64,000 bases of DNA from Harriotta raleighana (Eukaryota): NCBI GenBank assembly GCA_050575255.1, contig JBNZDD010013695.1, positions 6,134,248 to 6,198,247 on the forward strand. The letters are read 5' to 3'. Positions 53,476 to 64,000 of the stretch are shown in pieces. A model generated the notes under the pieces. That model ran no database searches and was not told the DNA's origin. It was given only the letters and a program-made list of their open reading frames with translations. The position numbers and the translations under genes are program-made. Numbering within the stretch: the first letter of the stretch is position 1; each line of letters opens with the position of its first letter.

Positions 53476-56128
53476 GAACTCTCTTTTACGTGTGTTTTCT
53501 GATTTTGTGTGTGGAATTGGTGGAAAACATGTAACTGTGGCTCTTTGTATGTTAAAGTGGGACCAAAAAGAACCCTGTGGTGGACGGCAGGTAACTAAAT
53601 GTGGTTGGGAACAGTTCTATAGGCAGCATTTGTACATTTTCTCTTCAGTCAGTAGGAAATTGGCATCAGGCTACCATATCTAATGCTTTCACCTGAGCAA
53701 ATATTGTCTTCCACCCTGATCTCAGGACACAAATATTGTTTGCCAGGAAAGAGATTAATTGGGAATGTGGGAAATCTGTCATTATGAACAAAATGGACAA
53801 TATGTCATTCAGCATCTGAAAGCGGGGCTTTGAATCTCACCTGAAATCTTAACCTAATCCTTCTTGCACAATATTCCTGCCATTTTCTCACTCGAGAACT
53901 GGCTATGGTTTTCTGTGCAATAAGTTGTGGTTGAGGAACGTTGGCTCTGCATTTTTCATTTTGTTTCATCTCCCAGTCTGGGCTTTGCTGAGCTGTTGAA
54001 AGGGATTGCAACAGGACTGAGGATGGACAAATGGTGCATTGTTCTTCTTGATTCATACTATGTATTTTGCATTTATTTAAAGTAGTTACTGGTAGTCCTA
54101 AGGTGTTGTTTTAAACACAAGGATAAGGATCCGACCATCAGATTCCACCATCATCACTAGTTCATTACATCTGTCTCGGGGACAGGATACAGAATACTGA
54201 ATGTAAAATCTGGTACCAATGAAAGATGACTTAAAAAAAAATTCAGTGACTTCACAAATGTATACTAAATGTAGCAGTGTGAATATCACTATATATAATG
54301 ACTGAGCACAATTGTCCTCTCCTATTTTACTTTAGGTTTTGAACCACTGCTGGTATATCTTTGTAAAGATGATTTCTGACCGATTTTTCTGCTGGTGGAG
54401 ACTAAAGCCTAGTGTATCCAGGCTGGTTTCCTGCATTGCTTAGTAAAACGGTGACTCGTGAATTTAAAACAAGATTGTTTGAAGATTAGCACGCTCTGTA
54501 CTTACTATCTGATAGAAGGTTTCCATCCACAGTTAACCATTAAATGATCACAAAAGCGATTTTGCAAGATTCTGCATTTTTATGTAAAATTACATCGTTG
54601 CAGGGAGGACAAATGTTTACCAACATTTTAAAACTCCATGCAGGCAGGAAGTACAAGTTCAAGAATCGCCTTAAAAGGAAACAATATTAGATAAATATGA
54701 GTTCACTACCACTCAAGGACTATGTTTTCCCTAGACTCCGCAGCCTGGCAGTTCACACTCTTTATATATAATAAGTGTCCCTCGTACAGTGAACATTTTA
54801 AAGAAAACTTGTTTGAAATGGCCTGAAATGTGGGGAAACTTTGGTTAAGCTTTCACAAGCCCAGATTAGAATTGATCATATTTTTAATTGCACTCAGCAC
54901 CTTGTATCTATTGTAGGGAGCTGGAAAGTCAGAGCAAGCTGCTCACTGTCCCCAACCACCCCTCCCCCTGTCCTTGGTTTATGAGCTGTTCTTGCAAACG
55001 CACTGCTCGACAATAATGGTGCTTTACAGCTTAGTGATGTAAAAGCGTTGAATTTGTGTGTAAATAAATGTTTACATTTTTATATAAAAAGAAATGTTTC
55101 TGACAAAAGTATCTAGCTCTTTGTCTGTAATATATTTTTACATTTTATAGTTTTAAAGAAATTGCATTTCTTGCTCTGAATTTTGTATGTCTTAACCCAG
55201 CACTTGATGACTGTATTGATGTCACTAGCTCTGCCTAACTGTACTTTTGTATACACTGATTACTGTAACGTGAGGCGTTAACCTCACAGTGTAGAATTGG
55301 AAAATACATGTGGCCAAATCTGGTTTTAACTTTTTTTGTATATCATACAGGTGTACAAAAGTCCTGTATATTTTGTGACATTGAAGCAATCTGTCCAGGC
55401 TGGTGTGCTACAGGTTAACATTGGATTTTAACAAACAAACTAAAATCTTGCATTTCCTAAGGTTGCCAAGTTAATATAGCTCAATCTCTGTATCTTCCAC
55501 ACAACTCTTTTTCCAGATTTGCTGTGTATATTTTGAGTGTACACTCAGAGTGATGGCTGACGTTTTATCGTAGAATCACAGGAAACCGTGTGAAGCGTTT
55601 TGAGGTGTCCTCTCTCTGTGAAAGGCTTCAGATCAAATACAAAGATTATTTATGTAATGTCACAAACATGGGATGACACACTAAAGTGACTAAAATCTGG
55701 TGCTGACACAGAATCCAAACCTGTTTGAAACTACGTTGAATGTATATCACATTTTAAAATTTGCTTATTCCAAAATTGTTTGCTTGCACAGAAGGTAGAA
55801 TTGTGCTGTGCAACCTGCTTTATTGGAGCAGTTAACATGTTATCTGAAATGCAGCCTGTCAGCTTTAAATACCTTGGGGTTTTCTGGTGGGAGTGGGTTA
55901 TCTGAATTTCTGACCCTTGCAGCAGCCCTACATTGTGCTTTTAGCAGGAACTATACGACACAATTAAACTGAGCTGAAACGGATTTGAATTCAACTGATT
56001 TTCACACTAATCTTTCTGTTGTATCCATAATTCATTCTCTTGAATGAGATCTGGCCACAGTGTTATTTTCTAGCTCAAAGCGACACAAATAGCTGTAACT
56101 ATTACTCCAGCCATCATTCGCAAATAAA
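53476..56128 (+). other. MAML1: MAML1 3' UTR (putative)
   Basis: AT-rich tract after the stop, with AATAAA at ~56123 followed by GT/T-rich downstream sequence. An earlier AATAAA lies near 55063. Confidence 0.5.
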
Positions 56129-58399
56129 GACTTCATGATTTTTTTTATAATTGTGTTTGTGTGTGGTGTTGATGTTGGCCTTGTTTGTTTTTAATCATTC
56201 TTCAGTATTTTGGTGCATCATAATCCTAAAGGGTGAGTAGACATGGGGTAACCTTTCTGCAATAAATACTAAAAGGATTGTGTTAGTCACATTAACACGT
56301 GAAACTGTCGATAGCTCTTTTAGAATGTTTTGTGTATCTCGTGTGGTTAATTTCTCTTACATGTGGAATTTGTTCTTCTCTTTTCTCAGCGTTTGTGTTT
56401 CACCTTTAGCAGACAAAGCAAATTAAATCGCTTTCAATGTTCGCAAACTGGAAGAAACAAACCGTGCCATCAAATGTTGTTTGTGCTATCACACATTAAG
56501 TCCAGCCTTTATCAGGATGTCATGTGTCTCATGCAAATAGTGTATTTGTTCACTGCTGAAAATGAACAGGGGCAAGTTTGATAATCGGGCTGATCATCTT
56601 GTGGTTGTTAAAACTGCAAAGTAGCAGTCAACCAACCTCCCATGTTCAGTCATTTCATGGTATCATTTGCAGAATATTGCTGTCTGGTACCTGGAACTAT
56701 GTATTTCCCTAAGGCCATCACATGCATCTTTTCCTAAACTCAAGGCTAGATCCCTAGAGTAGCTCTCTGATCCTCCCGACGTGAAAGGTACTGTATAAAT
56801 GTTATTTTGTTGTTGTGGTTCATCCACCTCCACCTAGATCCAGAGAGGAACTTTCTCACACTGGAGTGACAAGTCACCTATTTTTATGCTGATTTCTTAC
56901 AGCAAAGGAAATACAACAAATTCTAATTTAATATTTTTGACCAATTTCCTCCTGCAGCTGCCCTGATGGCTCCACACACACAACTGTGCTAAGGCTTCAA
57001 TGCTGCTCAGTGTCCTTTGGTTCCTCATTCACTCGTATGAACACCAGGCGATCATTCCTGGTAAAATCATGATTGTAACTTGTCTTTTGCAATTGATAAT
57101 CAGGCTGATCATCTCCTTGTGGTTGTTAAGACTGTGCAAAGTAGCAGTCAACCAACCTCCATGTTCAGCCATTTCATTTGGCATATCCTGAGAATGGGAT
57201 TAATGTTGCCATAGCTAGAATCCACTCTCCTTTAAATAGCACCAATCAATTCTTAAATAGCCAAATTATTCAGTATTCTGGTAATCTTCTGGGCGAGAAA
57301 ATCCTCCCCTCCCCAACAGGCTTGTGGCTACAACCTTAACTTGATGCCTTCTTAAACAACTCTGCGATTTCATCCATCAAATGTCTCAAGACTCATAAGC
57401 AAGGAATTAGCTGATTACAATTCTGTCAATAAAATTAAGTAGTGTTTATTTTTTCCCATTGTTAATTTTATATCTATTATAAAGAAAATATACACTTTAA
57501 TTTCTTGAAATTTTGTTCTTATATGTTTGGTTTAATTCATGTCTGCTGACTCTTACATTAGATGAATTTTAGTTTTAAGTTGAATTGAATTAGGCTGCAT
57601 TGAAAATGTTACAGCAATTAAATACAAGTCTGCACTTTAAATATGAATTGGCCACATGTTTTGGATGGCTGTTTTGCAGTATCTCAGCAGTTAAATAGCT
57701 TGATAAGATCAGCAACCATATTAGATGTCTGGCCACCATGCTCCATCGCAAATATCACCAGGTCTCCAAACCCCTAAACATTTAGTTTTTTGCTGTTAAA
57801 TGGAGTTTGAAGCAGTAAAGTAGTTGGCTGGAATTCCACTATTCCCTCTCACACAGACCTAAAAACTCAATAATGCTCCTCTGAGAATCACTGAAACAAT
57901 TAAATTATTAATATTACACACGCCTAAGCAGCCAACTCGCCAAAAAACCAAACTGGCTCGGAACACTCAGCAGATCTATGGAGAAAGGAAAGTGAGTTAA
58001 CGTTTCGGGTCCACAACCCTCACATTACAGTATATTTTAAAAGCGCTTTGAGACATCTCAATAATGTGATAAGCTCAAATGCAAGTTATATTTCACAAAT
58101 CAGAAGCTGTGATCTGCACACCACTGATGATCTCAAAGACATACTGTATCTAACCACAATATATTAACCACCCTCTCTCTAACCAGTTGGAAATCTCTTG
58201 ATTCCCACGCTATGCCCGTCACCCTCTACCCACTTTGTTCCCCTTCTATCTACTCCATTATGGCCACAAATCCCATATGTGACACCTTATCAAATACCTT
58301 GTCCAACATATTTGGTGATCTCAACTAGCTCGGAGCATTCTCTTTAACTGATGTCTTCATCAACCAAGCAAGGGCTGTTATCACCATCTACATCCAATA

Positions 58400-59140
58400 T
58401 ATGGACCAGGGAGATACCACATATTTATTTGGATTTTTAGAAGGTATTTGATAAGGTGCCAGTCCAGAATCTTAGTTTCTTGTTTGATCCTCAACTATCC
58501 TTTCTATACTACATCCATGCCATGACCCGCTCTGCCTTCCCCCACCTCCGCAACATCCCTGGCTCCGATACTGTCTCACAATGCAGGCCGTCAAAACCCG
58601 TATTACATGCATTCGTAATATCGAGACTTGACTATACAAACTCCTTACTTATCGGCCTCCCCGACTCATCCCTCCATAGGCTGCCGATGATTCAGAAATC
58701 TGCAGCCCGTGTCCTCTCCCACCTCGTGATGTTCTCTGTGACCCTATCATACCCTCGCCCGACTCCACCGGCTTCCCAGCAAACAGTGGGTACAGTTCAA
58801 GATCCTGGTCCTTGTCTTCAAAGCCCTAAACCCGAACCAACCTGCCTCCTCCCTCTGCTCAGCGAGCTCCAGCCTGCTTCATGCTCCAGGCCTCACCCAC
58901 CCCACCATTGGCGAGCAATCCTTTAGCCTCTCCTTCCCGCAGTCCCTCCGCCTCACCCCCTCCCTGGCCTCCTTCAAGACTCATCTGAAGACCTTCCTCT
59001 TTGTGCTTTTGGTTACCCTTCCCTCCCTGCTCCCCACCCTCCCCGATCCCGACCCTTGCTCAGGTCCGAAACACTGACTGTCCAGCGCCTTGGGATGTCT
59101 CCCTGGCTGGAAAGGCTCTCTTCAAGTGTAATGTTGTTAT
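58400..59140 (+). mobile_element. Short CR1 RT remnant joined to an L2 LINE 3' fragment
   Basis: YLDF*KVFDKVP (CR1 RT) at ~58425-58461 is followed by FDPQLSF..LHAFVISRLDYTNSLLIGLP..IQKSAARVL and an L2 tail. Confidence 0.8.
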
Positions 59141-59163
59141 TTGCGCTGTGGGCCAAATGGGTT

Positions 59164-59179
59164 ACTGCAGAGGGCGCTG
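59164..59179 (+). promoter_or_regulatory. Candidate CTCF site upstream of LTC4S
   Basis: ACTGCAGAGGGCGCTG resembles the CTCF core and lies ~190 bp before the ATG. This is a motif match only. Confidence 0.35.
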
Positions 59180-59364
59180 CCTCCATCAACACAAACTTGG
59201 TTTAGTTTGTCCTCGATAATACTTGTGGAGCCGCCCCTTCTCTCTCTATGTCTATCTATCTATTTATCTCCCTCCTTCCTTCCTTCCTTCCTGCGCAACA
59301 ACTACTACATCTGTCTCTCTCTCCGATCCCAGTGACGGTGGTCGCAGCTGGTGCGAGACTCGAG

Positions 59365-62300
59365 ATGTTGGACCATATCGTTTTCCTGGCTGCAATCACT
59401 ATTGTCGGAGTGTTAGAGCAAGGTACAGGGTTTTAACTCGATCTTGTGAGTGAGTCCATCCCTTTCATCAGCTCGGATGGTTAGAGAATGATTGCAGTTG
59501 GGGGTGGGGTATAGGAACTTTATTTTTCATTTGACTCGATTGCTGTAATATGTCGTTGCACAGAAACTCTTAAGAGAGTAAGAGAGAGAGAGAGTCCCTT
59601 TGAAGCTTTGAACCCCCTTCCTTCCCTGCTTAGTTTAGTGTTTAGTTGATGTGGGCTATAAATACGTGCAATATTGTGTGTCAGGAGGTGTGAATTACAA
59701 AGCGAGCCAGAGGTTGGAGATAAACTATGTGGTTCCCTCAGCTCAGCCTCCTCTATCTCAGGGTCAATCAAGGGAGGCTCCACACATGGTAACAGTTTCC
59801 TCCTGAGTTGGGGATGGGGAGGGAGTACTTGCCATCTCCCAATGGACAGACCTGTGTTCGATTGCTGGCAGTTTGGGCAAGTTTCCTTACTCCACACGTG
59901 TGATAATAATTCCCTCAAGAAAGAAATAAAATAATAAATTAGTCATTTCAATCCGCGACTGTTTGTGGGGATGCTGCTGTGTGCAATTGGCTGCCGCGCT
60001 CACCCACAAAAGTCATTTCACTTTACAGTATATTCNATGCAGCGCTTTCAGACGTCGATAAGATGTGAAAAGAGCTATATCAAATGCAAGGATTATTATT
60101 CTTATTTACAGTATATTCTGTGAAGCGCTTTGAGATGTCTCTTGAAGACATGAAAAGCGCTATATCAAATGAAAGGATTATTATTATTATAGATATCTTC
60201 CCAGTAGAAGTCAAGTCGTGCCTGAAGACCTTCTTCTTCGACCACGTTTGTGGTCACCTCCTCCCTGCCCCCACCCCAATCAAGCGCTCTGAAACACCAC
60301 CCAATACAAGTAGTAGTAGTTGCTGTAGAGAGCTCCATATGTTAGTTTGTTGTGGTTTAAAGGAGCCAGCAAGCCAGTTCTTGATGGTCTGAATAATATT
60401 CAAAGCCTTCCTCTTTGCTATAAATTTCTATGGTTCCGGAAAGAAATAGAAAGTTCAGAGTTAGCAGGAAGAGGTGATGATGTGGCTATGTTGTTTTCCA
60501 ACCACAGATACAGAGCCAGAAACTTCTCCCTTTCCTCAAAATGGAAATTGTATTTCAGATAGATCTGTCATTAAAACACAGGTCATTTCATCACCCTATG
60601 CTTTCCTCACACACCCTGTTTTGTTATAGCAGTGAAACAAAAATGGAATTCAACTTAGTGTAAGAAGTCTTAATGTGAGAGAGTGAGAGATGTGTTGGAA
60701 TGGTCAGAAGAAATCATGTTACAACTAGTAGTTTTTGAGGAAGTGAATTGAATTATTTGTCCGTTTTGTGTGGTGGGGGAAGTTTTAATAATAATATTAA
60801 CCTTTGCATTTGATATAGCGCTTTTTCACATCTTCTGGATGTCTCAAAGTTCTTCACAGAATATACTGTACCAGGAATTGACTGTATATTTGTGGGCGAA
60901 ATGTTGCAGCCAATTCCTCAAAGCAGCGTCCCCACAAACAGTCGTGGATTGAAATGAACAATTTTATTATTGTGTTTTTGTGGAGGAATTATGATTATTA
61001 TTATTATTTAACAAAATAAGTGGCAATTATAGTATGGGGCAAGTACAAACAGGATTCTGGGGAGAGTGACTTGAAAGATTTTGAGAGAGAGTGTGAAAGA
61101 GGAGATTGGAAAGAAGTTGAATTGTAAAGTTGCTTTAAAGGTTAGAGTGAATCAACATTGCGTTCAGTGGATTAAATAACATTACAGGGGAGAAGGGGGG
61201 TACATCTTACATCCATGTCTCCTGCTCATGTAAAGTCAGAGTGACCCCCCCCCCTCTCTGTTATCCCACAGCCTACTTTTCACTCCAGGTGATCTACTCT
61301 CGGAGGAAGTTTGCAATTTCTCCGCCAGCGACCAATGGGCCTCCTGAGTTTGAGAGAGTCTTCAGGGCACAGTGAGTGCAATGCATGGGAATGTTGATGA
61401 GAATACTGACCGGAATAAAGATGGGGGAAAAAAATCTTTCAAAAGTAATTTCAGCAGATTGTACTCTGTATTTTTTTAATAGTTGTTTTTACCTCTGCAG
61501 TGTGAACTCTTCCGAGTATTTCCCGATATTCCTCTCTACCTTCTGGGTTGCAGGGATTTTTTTTCATCAAGGTAAGCAACAGCTCAGTGTGTGACAAAAT
61601 GTGACGGAGGGAGTGAGAGAGTGATTGAGGAGTTAATGTCGATTAATGAAGTAATGTCCTGGATGGCTTTGTCGGTGATGGTGAGGTCCGAGGTGTGGCT
61701 CCCAAGCGACCACTAAGTCGAGGGAGTGACCACGGACATGGGTGGCGGAATGAATGTGGAGGGAGAGGTTGAGGGCGGAGAGGAGGGATGAGAAGTCAGC
61801 ATAGGTAGAGCAGGATGGGGGTGAATTAAAGGTTAAAGTCACTTAGGAAGAAGAGGTATTCAGAGCAGAGGGAGAAGGAATATAAGGTACAGTAAAAGCC
61901 TGTTTATCCTGCACCCAGGGGACCTGGCCAGTGCTGGTTAAATGGCTTGCCGGTTGAACTTTAAAAAAAAAATTACAAAATATTTTAACACATACCCAAT
62001 ATTAATAATAGACTAAATAATAACAGATAATAACTGAATATTGTAAATGTTGTACACTGTACCATATAAATAAGACTAATACAGTAATAATAGATACTGT
62101 AATAACAGAATATTGTATGGGTACTTTATTGTAAATATTGTACATTGTACCATATAAATAACAGACTAAATACACTAATAACAGATACTTTAATAACAGA
62201 ATATTGTATTAGTACTTTATTTTTCATATACTTAACTTCAGCAGTCGCCACGTGAGGAAATAAAATGGCAGCGCGACTTTAAAAAAACTGGCAGTGCGAT

Positions 62301-63162
62301 TTCAAGCTGTCCGAGAGGCAAGCTGATATACCTGCACAGTACTCGTGTACGACAATCGATTCATTAAATGCACCACTGCTATTCTGCAGGATAACTTCTG
62401 GGATTTTTTTTGACGTGCCGGTTATACGGGTCTTCTGGTTCATCAGGTAACGGATAAACGGGCTTTTACTGTACTACATTCAATGCAAGGATTATTATTG
62501 TGAAGATCCAAGGTTGAAAAAATGCTCTCACCTCAAAAATATTTCCATTAGTATTTATGGCCGCAGGCTGGTTAGTTTTCGCGCATAGCAAGCTACTAGA
62601 AGAAGTAAACAATTTATAAATCGGGAGAATTATTGGCAAGGACATGCTCAAACTCTGAAAAATTGGCACTGAATTCTGTGATAATCTCAGCACTAATGGA
62701 ACTGGGTATGTACTGTATGTATATATCTGCCTCCTCTCTCTGCAGGCATCGCTTCGGTCTTTGGACTCTTATACCTGTACAGCAGGTACCTGTACTTCAG
62801 AGGCTACTCGGAGTCTGCTAAAGGACGGTGAGCTTAATTACAGGGTGACCAATCATTTGACCACGATGTACCCACCCCCAGTCCGGCCAGATGTCCCTGA
62901 GATGTCCCCACCATGCCCAGCGCCAAAACACATTCTCGGGTTGGGGATGAGAGGGTGGTGAGGGGTGGGGTGGGGGTGTGGAAGGTAACTGTTGGCTTTG
63001 ACACCGTTTCCTCTTGTTTGCAGGTTGGGCCCGATTTACTTCTCGGGTAACATGCTGTGGGCACTGATTGCCATGGCCACAATGGGGGTGCTCGAACACC
63101 TGTCCTCGCTGTATCTGGGCTTCAGCCTGGTGGCTCCTATCAAGAGATTTGTGGGTCTCTGA
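59365..63162 (+). CDS. LTC4S: Leukotriene C4 synthase (MAPEG family), 5 exons, 149 aa
   Basis: Exons 59365-59422 ([19 protein letters not shown]), 61272-61371 ([33 protein letters not shown]), 61501-61571 ([23 protein letters not shown]), 62746-62827 ([18 protein letters not shown]) and 63024-63162 (LGPIYFS..GL*). The 450 nt are in frame, and the catalytic Arg104 equivalent is retained. Confidence 0.95.
59870..60190 (+). mobile_element. SINE body with tandemly repeated tail
   Basis: TTGGGCAAGTTTCCTTACTCCACAC body followed by two consecutive copies of the ..AGCGCTTT..TATATCAAATG..GGATTATT tail. Confidence 0.75.
60786..61010 (-). mobile_element. SINE 3' half
   Basis: Reverse complement of the SINE body and tail (TTGCATTTGATATAGCGCTTT...CCCCACAAACAGTC). 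Confidence 0.75.
61605..61880 (-). mobile_element. L2 endonuclease fragment
   Basis: The minus-strand reading [30 protein letters not shown] is homologous to the fragment at 1-535. Confidence 0.75.
61890..62471. mobile_element. Tigger-like MITE, copy 3
   Basis: TA|CAGTAAAAGCCTGTTTATCC ... GGATAAACGGGCTTTTACTG|TA, with internal AT-rich tandem duplications. Confidence 0.88.
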
Positions 63163-63337
63163 ACGTCCTCAGCAATCTCCTCTCTCCATCAGTCTCTTGA
63201 CACCATTCGAAACCACATTCAACGTTGGGACCTGAAAATGCAGCTGTTATCAGTGCATCTTCACACAACAGTCAGTTGTGATGGTTTCTTAAAAATGGCC
63301 AAGTACAAATGTGAATGGAACTTGTCTCTTATTCATG

Positions 63338-63343
63338 AATAAA
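63338..63343 (+). terminator. LTC4S polyadenylation signal
   Basis: Overlapping AATAAAATAAA ~175 nt after the stop codon. Confidence 0.7.
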
Positions 63344-64000
63344 ATAAATATTAAATGATTTCTCTGTCATCACTGAATCACAAAGGCTGTCTGGTACCAC
63401 AACTGCAGCCTTATTGGCTGCTGCACTCGCCTACACACCTCACAGTCACTACACTACACACTGATGACTTTTTTTACACACACTTTTGATCTGCCACCAT
63501 GGCAACAGCATCTACCAGGGAGAGGCAGTCAATCACCTTCAATGGCATACCCCTCCATTCATCAAAGACTGTCAATGAGAGGAGGCAGCCAGGTAACCAT
63601 TGTCATGGCAACGCTGGGTCAGAATGTTCTGAAATAATAATAATAGTAGTTTTGTCACTCCATCCTGTGGCATATATGTGGCTGAGAGGGGAGAATGGGA
63701 GGGAATGGGCAGGAGTCGGAGGTGACCGAGAGAAGGGGGAAGGCCGAGAACCTAACAGGAGGGAGCAGGAGAAACGATGGGAGAGTGAGAATGGGAAATA
63801 TTAAAATTGGCATTGAATAGTGTAACCATAATCCCAGGGGGAGTGTGGGCCAAAAGCAACAACAACTTGCATATATATAGTGTCCCTCATGCAGGGTAGG
63901 GCCTATAGGTCCCTGGCCAGTGCCGGTTAAACTAGTAGCTCAGAACACCATCTAACCATCTGGCTTGTGTTTTACCAACTGAAAGAGCAGCGGTGCCAAA

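Noticed and set aside
59248-59364. In-frame upstream ATG giving LTC4S a 39-aa N-terminal extension
   Set aside because: It lies in simple repeats with weak context. Homology starts at ATG 59365, which gives the expected ~150-aa protein.
1240-63890. Dozens of recurring ~50-bp motifs (AAGCGCTTT...GCGCTATAT.AAATGCAAG) that could suggest an array or regulatory system
   Set aside because: They are irregularly spaced, occur in both orientations and end in simple-repeat tails, so they are 5'-truncated SINE/L2 3' ends and not a CRISPR-like array.

Overview
Vertebrate nuclear DNA, most likely a cartilaginous fish (holocephalan-like, inferred from the repeat landscape of L2/CR1 LINEs, tRNA-headed SINEs and Deu-domain SINEs). 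It holds four spliced protein-coding genes, all on the + strand: the 3' part of MGAT4B (11 exons, 2467-12297), complete CANX (CpG-island non-coding exon near 17.9 kb, 14 coding exons 23078-34076, ~613 aa), complete MAML1 (5 exons 39545-53475, ~1013 aa) and complete LTC4S (5 exons 59365-63162, 149 aa). Introns and intergenic DNA carry LINE fragments, SINEs, a three-copy TA-flanked Tigger/pogo-like MITE family and microsatellites. I found no convincing wholly new gene system. The most notable observations are: (1) CANX and MAML1 both appear to have small frameshifts in their last codons, with the conserved vertebrate C-terminus still readable in another frame; (2) the gene order differs from human and resembles the paralogous MGAT4D-CLGN-MAML3 block; (3) a long SINE-capped inverted repeat lies in an MGAT4B intron; (4) the MAML1 promoter has a periodic ATTGG-N11-GTCAATC array; (5) an RFX/Kozak candidate first exon sits at the right edge.
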